A stretch of DNA of 64,000 nt. It comes from Octopus sinensis. Its lineage: Eukaryota. Shown in pieces: positions 51,215-64,000 of this stretch. Location of the stretch: positions 44,392,001 through 44,456,000 of the forward strand of contig NC_043013.1 of assembly GCF_006345805.1 (NCBI RefSeq). The letters run 5' to 3'. The translations under genes and the position numbers were made by a program. A model generated the notes under the pieces. The model made no database searches, was not told the DNA's origin, and saw only the letters and a program-made list of their open reading frames with translations. Within the stretch, counting starts at the first letter, position 1. Each line of letters begins with the position of its first letter.

Positions 51215-51445
51215 CGGCGATCTGGCAGAACGGTTAGCACGCCGGGCGAAATACGTAGCCATATTTCGTCTGCCGTTACGTTCAGAGTTCAAATTCCGCT
51301 GAGGTCGACTTTGCCTTTCATCCTTTCAGGGTCAATTAAATAAGCACCAGTTATGCACTGGGGTTAATGTAATCGACTTAATTCGTGTATCTGTCCTTGT
51401 TTGTCCCCTCTGTGTTTAGCCCCTTGTGGGTAGTAAAGAAATAGG
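51215..51445 (+). mobile_element. Family-B SINE. Other copies: 2609-3022 (tandem), 6611-6810, 7780-7965, 8715-8830, 19350-19510, 24205-24420-, 38555-38782
   Basis: Shared GGCGGCGAGCTGGCAGAA..GTTCAAATTCCGCCGAGGTCGAC..GTCCCCTCT..AAAGAAATAAG. Confidence 0.9.
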
Positions 51446-51774
51446 AAGATGGATGCTAAATAATGATGATGATAGATTAAACTGACTGACCTGCACTAGA
51501 AGGGTTACCGTCTAGTGCAGGTCAGATTTAAGAGTGAATAGCAGAGAGAATAATAATAGATGAATGAAGGGTGTGCAGGTATGAGTTTGCTTGTAGAAAC
51601 AGTGAAAAGATAGTAAGGGAAGAAGTAAAAGAAGAGAGACAGTGATAGTTACATGATAGCTCGTTAAGGAGACTGAATAAAAATATAGCTGCGTAAGCAT
51701 TGTGATGGAATAACATTAAAAATGTATAATGGTAACAGAGTGCAAGTGATGGCAAGCCATAGAGATCAGTATCA

Positions 51775-51818
<44 letters not shown>

Positions 51819-52275
51819 TGATAGAGGATACTGAATTTTGGTATATTTGATGTCTACCTTTCTTACACAGAAATAATTATAGAAACAAGATAGAGTAATT
51901 GAAGGGATGAAAATGGAAGAAAGGTAGAATGATAACAGTGGGGATAGTGTAGAGATTGAATACAGAAACTTCAAATAGGATTCCCAGTGCCACAGTGAAG
52001 AGAGAGAAGAGAGGCTAATCAGTGTGTGAGTGTACATATGTATGTGTGTATTTATATATATACATATATATAGAACCAATGTCATTCCATTGTTGTACTT
52101 TATAATTTCCATTCATTGACTAACCTAAATTGATTTCCTAACATCTGTTTTTCTCAATGATAAAACTACTACTAACAACAACAACAACAATAATTTTATC
52201 TAACAACATTATTTGTTTATAACATATTTTTCCCAACTGATTTAGCTGCTAAAAAATGATAAAAGAGGTGTGTAT

Positions 52276-52331
<56 letters not shown>

Positions 52332-52804
52332 TTACATTGAGACAAGGTGGTAGTAATTAAATATAAGGTGAAAGGTCATTTTAATTAGTAGCAGGGAAAG
52401 GAGTTGAAAGAATGCATAAACCAATACAATAATGAACTACTATTGTTCTATTTGTAACATTTAGTCATTTGTTGATGGCACAAATTAGGTGAGCGAGAGA
52501 GAATATTCTAGTTCAGACATTTGCAGTTGATATCTGGAGGATGTTGACTGAGATTAGTTTCAGCTCTCTAGATTATGGTGTCTGGACATACGGTAACATG
52601 TGGTGAGGAGACTTTGTAGTAACAGTCTTCAAGACCAAAATGCAATACTAGTGTTCAAGGAAACTCAAAAAGTTCCGCAGAGCCTGTCTCTAACCAAGCT
52701 ATTCCAAAAGAGGAAATATGAGTGAATGAAGGAGTTCCTAAGTGGTGATCCAACTGCTAGAAGTAGCAGTTAAATCTCCGTTCAATCCAACATTCAGTCT
52801 TTAA

Positions 52805-53025
52805 CCCTTTCCTTACCAACCCGGCCAAAACTGGCTCTGGCACTGTAGTACAAATGTTTTGTTCTCATAAGTTTTGCATTAAAATATACCACCAAACCTT
52901 AGTTGCAATTTATGTTCCTAACACTAGCTTAATGATAACTAAGTTATTTTACTAAATTCTTTGTTATATTTAAAGCAATTGAAAGAAACACAGAGCATCT
53001 CAAAATAAATACAGTAACAAAAGGG
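52805..53025. mobile_element. piggyBac-type MITE (a second copy is at ~12830-13038)
   Basis: TTAA|CCCTTT ... AAAGGG|TTAA; internal sequence shared with 12830-13038. Confidence 0.8.
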
Positions 53026-53354
53026 TTAAGACAAGGACACACTGGACTACTTGAAAAAAAGAGTGGAGCTCTTTGATCAAAGGTCAGTTTGATCAGGGTT
53101 GATGCGAGTATGACAGCAGCACCAAAAGAAGTTAAACTCAGGACTATAAGTTAATAAAACACCCTTTAATGTTGCAATGTTATTGCTGTTTGTAGCAAAG
53201 AGTTGGTTATTGCTATGCTTCAGTATCTATTTATAATATGTTCAGAGTTCAAATCCCATTCAGGTAAACTTTGCCCTTCATCTTTCTGCAACTGATGACA
53301 TAATTACCATAGAGCTGAGTTAAATGTCTAGCAGCATTTACTGCAAATCTGGGT

Positions 53355-53620
53355 GTCACCACCCGTAACATGGAGGAGAGAAAAAACAATAAACACAAGG
53401 GCCTGCGCCGGGCTGCTATCAGTTTGTACTGGTCGCAATCGAGATATCAGGTGTTCTAGGACTCTGTACTACCGATTTCCTCCGCAAAACAGGGATAACA
53501 ATGGCTCTCCAGAGAAACGAGCCTGCAGGGTGGAGTGGCTGTGGCAGCAAGTGCCACTGGCCATTCTCTGCAGCAATGTCCTCACGGTCATTACTGTGGG
53601 GCGCAGCTGAGCAACCCGTT
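53355..53620 (+). mobile_element. CRE-like (restriction-like endonuclease) non-LTR retroelement 3' fragment
   Basis: Frameshifted translation EERKNNKHKG..YQFVLVAIEISGVLG..TDFLRK.G..EWLWQQVPLAI..N resembles the CRE C-terminal consensus K..Y.F.P.A.ET.G..G..FL..QR.S.A.QRGNA. Confidence 0.6.
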
Positions 53621-54574
53621 TGTTCTGGGATATGTGACCCATTGCCCCCTTCCATTTCATCATCTGCTGCTTTATCCTCACCCAACTTTTTTTTATTTTC
53701 TTACCTCTCCCTTCTCCCCTGTTTCTTTGTATTTAAATCTTCCAAACATGAGGCCTGGTGCCTGTCTCAGAAACAAATCATTTATAGTCAGATGATGTGG
53801 GAATTAACTGTCTTGGCTAAGTGGTAACAGAATGTGAACTGTCAATCTCTTAGTTGGCAGTTAGGATGGAACCTATCTACACAATCCAATCAACCATCCA
53901 TGCTCTGAGTTGTTTACCGTTGCTTAGGTTCAAATTAGCCTTGACTGACCAAACATAAATAATGGCCTATCAGCTATGACAATCGTTTCCTCTTGTGTGT
54001 ATGTGTATGTAGAAGATAAAAATACACAAGTAAAATGACTAAAGATAAATAAAGAAGGAGACTGATAAACAATATATAAAGTTAGACAAACAAAACATAA
54101 TAGAAAAACAAAAAAAACACAAAATGGTACAATAACAAACAGTGGGTACAATGAAAATGAACAAGTCAAAAAAAACAATGGAAAGGACATATTAAATAAT
54201 TTGGTGCTGAGTGCAGTGTGCCAAAGAAAAAGGTTTGTAACAGGATGAGAAGTACCCGCACTGGATGGGTGCAGCTCGCATCCTATACATTAAATATTAA
54301 TCGAAGGAAAGAGTCAAGACTTCCGATTAATTTCAACAGCATAAATATTTTTATTTCTGGATTCGCAATAAATACATTCTTCTTTCAGGGTGAATCGGCA
54401 GCCTAGGAGCTCATCGCAGAAGTCAAGTGGAGTGAGCCAAATCCTGTCTGTTCAAGCATAGCGGAGAAACGCCACAAGGTAGCAGCTTGAGAGAGCGGCT
54501 AAAACACGACTGTCCTCTTCGGCTGCCAGTGTTCGAGAGGATGATATGAGGGAAATTTCCCTGCAGCTAGTTTT

Positions 54575-54665
54575 CTGCACATGCGCATGAGGGAACTTCC
54601 GGCAGGCCTCCCGCAAGAATCCAACTCTGCGCATGCGTGCTGGAGATTTCCCAAGATGGCGTCAC
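54575..54665 (+). promoter_or_regulatory. Cluster of NRF1, ETS and YY1 motifs
   Basis: ATGCGCATG 54581, ACTTCCGG 54595-54602, TGCGCATGCG 54628-54637, CAAGATGGCG 54652-54661. Confidence 0.4.
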
Positions 54666-55446
54666 TACAGGTTGGATGGTCCTGGCTAGGATACATTTGA
54701 TGATTGGTCAGTTCAGTGAGGGCTAACCTGAGGCTAATTAAATGATGAAGATATGCTAACCCAAATATATTGCACATGCCAGGATGTTGCTTAAAACAAG
54801 TTAACTCTGACTAGCCTTTCTTTCATTTTGGAATTGTGTATCTTGGATCATATTATCTAATGTGTTCTGTATTTTTTTTAAGGGAGATGAAACTGTTATT
54901 GCCAGCAGATCAACTGGTCATGTAGACGCTCACTCACAAGCATGTGCAGCAGGATGTCAGTAGTGATGGATAAACTAAGACATCACTACCTACAGTAGAC
55001 AGGTAGGCAGGTGAGTAAGATGGTTAAGACCAACTAAAGAGAACTGCACCCATATGGTGTGTCCCGCTTAAATTTAGACAGTTACTCTGTTGCTTACATA
55101 ATTATATAAAGTGGAATGAAGTGTCAGTTAGTTGGGTTGTGGCACCTACATTATAGTATACTCTATAGTCTATCTGGAACAATGAAAGACCAAATAGACT
55201 TGATGCATATCATTGTTGATTCCTTAATCATTGTTGATTCTAAACAAGAGAGAAAGAGGGCATGTGTGCATTTTAGATTTAATTAGGTCAAGAGAATGAG
55301 ATAAATTGATTTAGGAAGTGGGTTGTTACTGGTGCCCGGATGTTTGCATGTGGTCGATACACACATACGTGCGTGCGTGCGTGCGTGCGTGTGTGTGAAT
55401 TATGCATTAGAAACAGTTCTAGAATAAAATTTTTATGACGCACTTA

Positions 55447-56097
55447 TACTTCAGAGCTTGGTGAAATGAAATCTTCCTGAAAGTGACTGGGAGAACAACA
55501 GATGCACATTATGCAATTTTTCAAGTTTACCAATGTCACGTACTCATACCACTTCTAAGACAAGGCCAAATTGGCCAGTCTGAAGTATACAGAGACAGTG
55601 GATAAACAACACACTGGTTTGCAATGACACCACTAAGACAGAATAAAATTCGAATTACAGAATAAAAGTAGCTCTAGAATCAAATCTTTATCTAAATGAT
55701 ATAGTTAATGTATGTGTATCACTGAAAAGCCAGAAGCTGTAGTTTACATCTGGGGGAAAATATCCCTTTACAGATGAATTGTGTTAAAGAAAAAACACCC
55801 TACACTTCAGAGCTAAGCTTTTTAAAGATACATATAGAGTAAGTATGTCATATAAAGATTCTTTTCTAGAGCTGGTTACATTGCACTATTCAGATTTTAT
55901 AGAGTCGCAGTGGCATCATTGCAAACCAGTGCATTGTTTGTATACTGTTCCTATAGATTTCAGATAGGCTGATCTGACCTTCTTTCAGAAGTGACCCATG
56001 TATGTGACACTGACAAGCCACAAAAATGGCAAAATGCATATCTGTTGTTCTTGCGGTCACTTCTCGGGTGATTTTGTCTCATCTAGCTCTGAAGTCT
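55447..56097. mobile_element. Old fold-back element (~650-bp degenerate palindrome)
   Basis: Arms align in reverse from CTTCAGAGCT/AGCTCTGAAG inward, e.g. AAACAACACACTGGTTTGCAATGACACCAC versus GTGGCATCATTGCAAACCAGTGCATTGTTT. Confidence 0.75.
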
Positions 56098-56387
56098 ATT
56101 GTGTTTTTTTTTTACCACGATATATCTTTAATATTTCTTTCTGAATCATACTTTGTGTGTTATTAGTTTCTTCAAAATAAGTCGACTTCCTTTCTACCTT
56201 ATTGTTGTAAACCAATTCAAAAGAAGGCTTTTATTCAAATTTTATTCTACTTGCCGTCTAATCTGTTAATCACGGCTGTCCAACAATTAAGATGCATTAT
56301 TTTATATTAGGTGAAAACAGTATCCATCTATTAACGTCATTCAACACTATATTGCATTTTTGTACTCAATACAAAATATAATATCTA

Positions 56388-56760
56388 TCCTCTGTGTGAA
56401 AAGTCTGGCTGCATACACGTTAGCATATGTCAGGTGCATACAATTGACAACACAGTTAATTAAGATTTATTCAGTGAGTTCTATTCAACACATGTTTACG
56501 CGTGGAATTAGCAGAATCATTATTAACTTTAGATGGCTTGCAGGCGAGGTGAACAAATTAGTGAGAGAGATAGACTGGCAATACTTGCAGTCTTGGGAAG
56601 AGTTATCTGAGCGGAAAATTCATGGATGTATTCAACATCAAACTCGTGTTCGGCGTCAAATAGTTGACTGTCGTGGTGGTAACAGATTTGTGTAATAAAT
56701 TTTGTGTTTATTTTTGTTTCATATATATTTTTTCGGATGCAGCCAGACTTTTCACACAGG
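56388..56760 (+). mobile_element. Internally deleted Tc1-like element
   Basis: TIR CTGTGTGAAAAGTCTGGCTGCAT / ATGCAGCCAGACTTTTCACACAG; internal WEELSERKIHGCIQHQTRVRRQIVDCRGG resembles a Tc1 transposase C-terminus. Confidence 0.75.
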
Positions 56761-58222
56761 TATGCTTTTATCTATTATTTACTATTGTAGAAAGGAATTA
56801 ATGATAGAATATTATAATTCATAACACTTACACTGTAGGTTTACTATTCAGTTCCAATACACCATTCACTTACAAATTATTGTTTTACACCACTTACTGT
56901 TTTATACTGAGCTTTAGTTACAAATTATTGTTTGCTACACTACCCTGTTAACTCACAATCTACTCATTTACTAGATTTTACAGAAGGTCCACAAATTACT
57001 GTTTTACACTGTTGACTTACAAATTACTGATTTTCTATATTAACTTTTCAGAATTTAAACCAGCCATATCCAACCCAAATCTGCTACACATTTTATATTC
57101 AAACTAACCACATCCAGCCTCTCACAACTATTCTATAATGTCGCTCTAAAAATAAACATTCACATCATCAAAATTTCAAAGCGATGAGATAACACATGAT
57201 TAACTGAAAATAATGTGAATAAATAGGTATTACATTTGACAGAGTTATCTGAATGCTAAAGAGTTAAATTACTGACATACAAATTACTATTGCACTACGG
57301 TGCACAGTTGACTTATAATTTACTATTTAACTACATTACTTTGTTCATTTACAAATTAAAGTTTCACTACACTAGACTGTTCACTAACTGCAGCAGTAAA
57401 CTGTCAAACACAGTAGGGTATTGGATAAAATCGTTTATGGTATTTTATTCTGACCGTCTACATTACTTTTCTGTATAAAGCTCACTCAGGCTAATTTTGT
57501 CGCTCATCCTTTTAGAGTTGATAAGTACAGTACCAGTCAAGTACTGGGGTGGGGAGTTGATTCCCTGCCCCACCTGTTTCTTAGGATCAGATATGTGGAG
57601 AGATCAAGAAAGAATTGGTTCTACTGTAGCTCCCACCCCTGAGTCAATCTTTTTACCCCTACTGAAAGAAAAGGACTACTTAATTACCGATTTACCACAT
57701 TACACTGTTAATTTACAAATTACTCAAATACTCTGAGTATTTACTGATGACAATGATATTAATAATAATAATAATGATAATAATAAAATGTTCTGATGCA
57801 ATACCAAACACTGGCTCTCGTGACTTCTGATCTTAACTGATTGGAAGTGTTATTGTGTACATGTTTTGTCTTGGTATAAAAGATAGGCTACAGCAAATAT
57901 TCTGCTCAGTATCACAGATTTGCTTGTCAGTTGTTTGACCATAACCAGTTGAGCATGTCCCTTAGTGGCTGATGATATGGGCATCTCTGATCATGTAATG
58001 CAAAACAGTCATTTGTGGACCATCTGTAAAAATTCTGTAATCAACTGATTACATTGACTCCAGTGTTCAACTGGTACTTATTTTATTGACCCCGAAAGAT
58101 GAATGGCAAAGTTGACCTCAGCAGAATTTGAACTCAGAATGTAAAGACGGATGACATGCTGCTAAGCATTTCACCCGGCATGCTAATAATTCTGCCAACT
58201 CACAGCCTTGATGATGATGATG

Positions 58223-58259
<37 letters not shown>

Positions 58260-59051
58260 TGATGATTATGATTCTAAATTTGGTACAAAGTGAAAATTTG
58301 CAGAGATGGGAGAAAGTTACAGCCAATTATATCCACCTTGGTACTTGACTGGTATATTCTTATATTAATTGTAAAGGGATGTATGACAAAGTGAAACTTA
58401 GTAATGAGAAGAAAAAAAATCCTCCAATCAACAAAATGGTTTGTTTGTTTGTCTGTGTGTGTGTGTGTATGTATGTATGTAATGATGTAGATTATTTACC
58501 AGAGACTCTTTCTGATCTTAGGCACAGATCAAAAGAGATTAAAGTAAACATAAATTTAACTAATGATGACAGTAGCAATGACAGCTTTGAAGCACTGAAG
58601 ACAAAGGAGTTCATTAACCCTCCATTCCCTATGATCTACACTCTCGTGCAATCACTCCTCTATGTTGTCCTTCTCACCATTAACACGTCCATCATTTGAA
58701 AAGCAAATTAAACATTGATTTCTTATGATCAGACACAAGATCAATGATTGTAGCAGAAGATCAAAGTTCATTGAATAATCACCAATATATTGCTGTCTCA
58801 CTTTTATTTATTAAAAAAAATTTTTTTTTTTTTACTCCTAAAGGCTGAACAGTAAGGCCAGCCTGCACAGGATTTGAACCTCACAAGTAAGATTATATGT
58901 ATTTTGCCCAGTGCTGTACTGTTTGAAGTCATCTGCACAACCACGTGTAGCCGTGCACCAATTTTGGTAGGAAGGTCAAAAAAGATTAAACTCAAATATT
59001 TTTAATACACTATATTATGTAATATAAAGCACACGCATATATATTATAAAC

Positions 59052-59092
<41 letters not shown>

Positions 59093-62000
59093 ATTTCAAA
59101 CATCAATAACAATTCAAATTAAACCTTGCTATCTTCCAATCATCATAGTCTCTTGACTAGAAAAAGCATAAATGTGATTCACCCCTTCCCTCCTCAGATT
59201 AACAACACTCAAACATGCATACATACACACATACACACACACAAACCTAGTTATTACGTTGTAATCAAATATGCTAAAGCTGAACTGCAGAAGGATTAAA
59301 GGATTAGTCAGTTATTACAGAAGACTTAATACCAACTGTATTGACTACTGACAAATGTTTACTATCTTTCTAGAGATAATCTAGAAACATCAATAAGACT
59401 TCCTTGTGGCTTCTACACGTGTCTTTATATGATATAAAATGGCAAGCCGTAATCACCATCTAGATTGCCCATTTGTGCTGACGAGGAAGCCTCTGTGTGG
59501 TTCCTCAAATTGCTTCATTGTTTTATGATTTTCTCTTTAATAGTTTAGTTAGAAGAGAAAGAGTAGTACTCGTGATATTTTTGCAGGACCACCAAGGCTA
59601 GAGAGATGGCGGAAGTTACCTCTAAACTCCAGAGGTAAAAATGGATTTTTGTGGGGACAACACCCCTACCTAGAAAAAAAGAAGTTACAGAAGCATTGAG
59701 AACAATTCAAAACTAACAGGACCTGGGAAAGGGGCAGAAAAGAGAACCCAGAGAACAATACAGTTAGGTCATGAAAGGTCTATGCTCTATAGGGGAAAAA
59801 AAGGGTCAAGTATCTTCAAACTGGAAAGTTGGTCTTAATGCTTGCAACAAAGTGAACTCAAAAGTATTCAAAGGCCAGATGATGGTATCAAATTAGGAAA
59901 GGGGAGCAGCTCCTCCAATGAACTTCCACATAGTTTCTGGCTATCAAGTTCTAATAAGGTTTTGGTCAATTGATGCCTAATGTAGAAGGCACTGGCCTAA
60001 AGTGCCAAACAGTATGATTGAACCAGGAACCCTGGAATGTAAAGCAAACCTCTTAACCACAGGATTGTATATCCAATGCCTCCATCAGTGAAGGTTGATC
60101 ATGTCTCTGCACCTGTATGCGCAGACCTGGGAAAGGTTTTCTGTAGAAAATTAGCAGTTGCCCTTGCATGCTAGTCTCTCCCTTTTATGTTATAGATGTT
60201 GTCTGAGGGAAAGGCAAGGCCAGTGCAGTTTGGTACCAGTGTCATGGTAGGTATTGCTGTCACAATGAAAAAAAGAGCCAGAAATAGGCATGACAAAACA
60301 TCCTGTCCGATGCCCTCACACTTTTGTCAATCCACTGCCCTGGATTGGTCAGTAAAAAACAAAGTAGCAATTCAGGGTGAAGAATGAGCACTTCTTTTAT
60401 TGATCATGAAAGAATGAAAGACAAAGTTGACCTGGGCAGGAATTGAACAAAAAGCACAGAGACTCAGAGAAAATACTACGAGACATTCAATACTCTAATG
60501 ATTGCTAATTTTCTGCTTTCTGTGTATGTGTGTATGTGAAGGCGCATGGCTTAGTGGTTAGAGTGTTGCACTCACAATTGCAATGTTGTGGGTTTGATTC
60601 TATACTATATATATATAGTATAGAGTAGGCATATATCGGCCTTGAGAGATCATGGATCTGTGCCTGAAGAAACTGCTGACAGTGGTGCAGCATCTGCTGT
60701 GGCTGTAGAGGCCCACATCAGAGTGGTAGTCATGCATACAGCAACAGCATTTAAAGGAGCTTCTGATTTTTCCTTCCGTCAAGCATGCTTTTCTTTGGTG
60801 GCAAGGCCATGTTTTTCTTCCCTTTGCTCATATATATTTATCATCATCATCATTTAACATCTGTTTTTCATACTGGCATGGGTTGGATGGTTTGACAGGA
60901 GCTGACAAGCCAGAAGATTGCATCAGACTTCATTGTCTGTTTTGACATGGTTTTTACAGCTGGATACCCTTCCTAATGGCAACCACTTCACAGAGTGTAC
61001 TGGGTGCTTTTTTTTTATGTAGCACCAACACCAGTGCTTTATATGTGGCATCAGCATGGGTGCTTTTTACATGGCATCAGCATGGGGTCTGCCTGTCTGT
61101 CTGTCATAACGTATATGTAGAAGCAGGAAAGAAGAGGACGAATCAAAGGGATAACCCCTGTCAGAATGTATATTTATGAAAATGGAAGGTGAGGAGAGAA
61201 AGTTGTTTTTGAGAGAGAAATATGGTGAGAGTGTGCATGAAAGATAAATAGATAGGTAGTGTTGACACCATAGTAACTAACATGGAGAATTCATGAGATC
61301 ACCTCCTCCAATGCTCTCTCCCCTCTCAAAATTCCTTGTCTTGCAAGTTATTTGGTGATCCTGCCAGTGCCACGTAAAAAGCATCCAGTCCACACAGTAA
61401 AGTGCTTGGCATTTGGAAGGGCACCCAGCTGTAAAACCATGCCAAAACTGACCTTGCCTGTGCTGGTCTCAAGTAAAAAGCACTCAGTTGACTCTACAGA
61501 GTGGTTGGTGTTAGAAAGGTAAAAAAACCAGCTGTAAAAACCCTGCCAAAATGGACACAGTAGCCCGAGGCAGTCTCCTACCTGGTCGACTCCTGTCAAG
61601 CCATCCAACCCATTAAATGATTATGATGAAGGTCGATAATTGGTTGGAAGTAATTTAAAATTTTTAATTGGCGTGGTGGATTGTGGGTAGTGGTGGTAGT
61701 AGCTGAGAGCACATTAACTGCTGCCACCTCATTTAACATAGTTACCTGCTGAAAATAGAAGCCGAATATCATTAAAACTACATTCTACCATGTTAAAAAA
61801 ATGAACTCATTGGATAAAGTGGTTCTGATTCTCCCTGTGTGAAAAAGAAAAACAAAATGGTCACAGCTTGAATGCTGTCTGTATGAACAGGGGATGGTCT
61901 GAGGCTAAACGACAAAAAAACTTAGAAAAGCCTCATTAGTTCAGGTAAACATCTATATGTATTACTTTCAAAAATTATACTCAATCACCCTGTAAGTGGT

Positions 62001-62204
62001 AATACAGTGATATGTTAGGCAAGTGTGTAACAAATCCACCCCACACCCCAATACAAGATAGGTATGACTGCTGCTACTACTCTATGCCTGTATGTGTGAG
62101 TGCTTCTCTCTCTCTTTCTCTCTATCTACTTACCTATCTGTCTGGCTGTCTGTGTATATGTGTGTAATATAATCACAAAAACACAAACAGGGAATATATA
62201 TATA

Positions 62205-62472
62205 TAAAGTTAATCCAAACAAGAAAACACAAAAAAACACAACAACGCGAGGACGTGGAACAAATATAGTATTATTGGACGCTCAGGAAAGAAGGAGGGT
62301 TTAATGTTTCGAAGGGAGCTCTTCGTCGGAAACATAGGAGAAGGAAAGATCCAGAGAAGGGAAGACAGAGGAAAAAAAAATCGCCAACGGTACACACGAG
62401 GTCATCATATATATATATGAGCGTCCAATAATACTATATTTGTTCCACGTCCCCTTGTTGTGTTTTTTTGTG
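62205..62472 (-). mobile_element. Penelope-like terminus with degenerate hammerhead and an inverted partial repeat
   Basis: Reverse complement of 62299-62333 reads CCGACGA..GAAACATT (core mutated); 62418-62472 is an inverted partial copy. Confidence 0.65.
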
Positions 62473-64000
62473 CTTTCTTGTTTGGATTAACTTTATATAT
62501 ATATATGTATACTTGAGTGTTTAGCTGTGGATATCTATCTATATGTAACATATGCACATTGACATACTTATGGTCGTTCATTGATGTGTAACACTGAAAT
62601 CCAACCTTCACACAACAAATATACACACACACACACACACGCACAAAGCTGATATGAAAATGTATGAGTAAAAACCTTTTGTACATTAATCATCCACCAA
62701 CGTAGAAACGTATGAGTATTAAACCGATGTAACAGCTGCAAAATCAGTCACATCTGTTACTCAGTTGTAATATTTTGTCGTTAATGACTAGAATCATTAG
62801 GTGGCGAGTTTGAAGCAATGCTTGAATGCCAGGTTAAATTCTGTAGTGTATTTTATGTCATTCTAAAGAGATTTTCAGTTCAAATACTTTGCCAAGGTTG
62901 ACTTAGGCACTTGTACCGTCTGAGATTGATGAAATAACTGCCAGTCATATACAAAGATCAATTCATATGAAAATTTTTACCTTACACTAACAGTGCTACG
63001 TAAAAAGCGCTGGTGCTGGTACCACATAAAAGCACTGGTGATAATGCCAAACTAAAAGCATTGGTGCCATGTAAAACGCACTAGTGATGGTACCACATAA
63101 AAGCACTGGCGATAGTTTTCAACTAGCAACAATCACGCCTCGGATTTACCTCATTGGCCATGGTACCGCCTCTGTCAAATAAAACGCACCAGTGTCATAT
63201 AAAACACACCGGAGCTAATAGTTGATATAAACAACTATTATAACTACCCATTAAAATTGTTGTGGCCTTGTGCCTGTGTTAGACAACATTAGTGATTGGC
63301 TATGTGGTAAAAAAGTTGGCTTCTAAACTATATGGTTTTGTGTTTGTTCATGTTGCATAGCACCATGGGCAAGTGTCTTCTTCACTAGTGCCAGACTTAT
63401 TAATGATTTGTGAGTTAAGTTGGTAGACGGAAAGTGAAAACTGGTTTTTGGGTTCATTCCATTGCATGCATATGTGCAGGTGAGTGATCATAAATGAGTG
63501 AGTGTGTGTGTGTTTCTTCACACCTGTGTCCTGATATTGTTGATACACTTAACACATGAATCAATAACACTGGTCAGATGGTACCATTGTTTATACCTGC
63601 TTTAAAAACATGCCAGGTCATTTTATGGCTTGTCATATAAAAAACCAAGGGAGTAAATATCTTATTTGGAATCAAACTGGTAAAGCATCTAGAACAGAGA
63701 AATCTGCCTCAATAAATCTCATCTAACCCATGATGCATGGGAAAAACAGGTATAAAGATAAGATAATGACCATTGTCATTGTTTAATATCTGCTTTCCAT
63801 GCAGGCATGGGTTGGACGGTTTGACAGGAGCTGGTCAGCTGCAGAGCTGTCCAGACTTCAATTACCTGTTGTAACATGGTTTCTATAGTTAGATGCCCTT
63901 CCTAATGCCAACCACTTTACAGAGTGTGCTGGGGGCCTTTTATGTGCCACTGGCATGGGTGTGTTTATGTAGCACTGAAAAAGTGAATTTTATATAGTAC

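Noticed and set aside
55450-55476. 27-nt minus-strand micro-exon EDFISPSSE
   Set aside because: It lies in the terminal arm of the 650-bp fold-back element.
59478-59512. CTGACGA..stem..TCAAA as a hammerhead
   Set aside because: GAAA core and stems I and III are absent; part of a decayed repeat.

Overview
Eukaryotic, AT-rich and repeat-dense genomic DNA. The SINE, LINE and microsatellite families resemble those I recall from Octopus (coleoid cephalopod); this is an inference, not a database result. The only gene I can identify with confidence is the 3' part of a tetraspanin-13/31 (TSPAN13/31, Tsp97E-like) gene on the minus strand. It has one penultimate exon (47517-47667) and two highly conserved copies of the terminal coding exon (37915-37989 and 23859-23933), apparently alternative last exons. 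I did not find exons 1-4, so they probably lie beyond position 64000. A CpG-retaining region at about 6.4-12.3 kb looks like a promoter domain. It is followed by a possible plus-strand micro-exon transcript whose introns carry two copies of a ~185-nt structured, snoRNA-like sequence. Mobile DNA includes a complete but decayed IS630/Tc1-like transposon (43904-45660) whose transposase gene contains a spliceosomal intron and whose left end carries a 16-unit 21-bp array. Also present are a fold-back mariner derivative, hAT, piggyBac and Tc1 MITEs, CR1, RTE and CRE LINE fragments, Penelope-like termini with a minimal hammerhead ribozyme, and many SINEs. Most ORFs in the supplied track are artefacts of microsatellites and SINEs.
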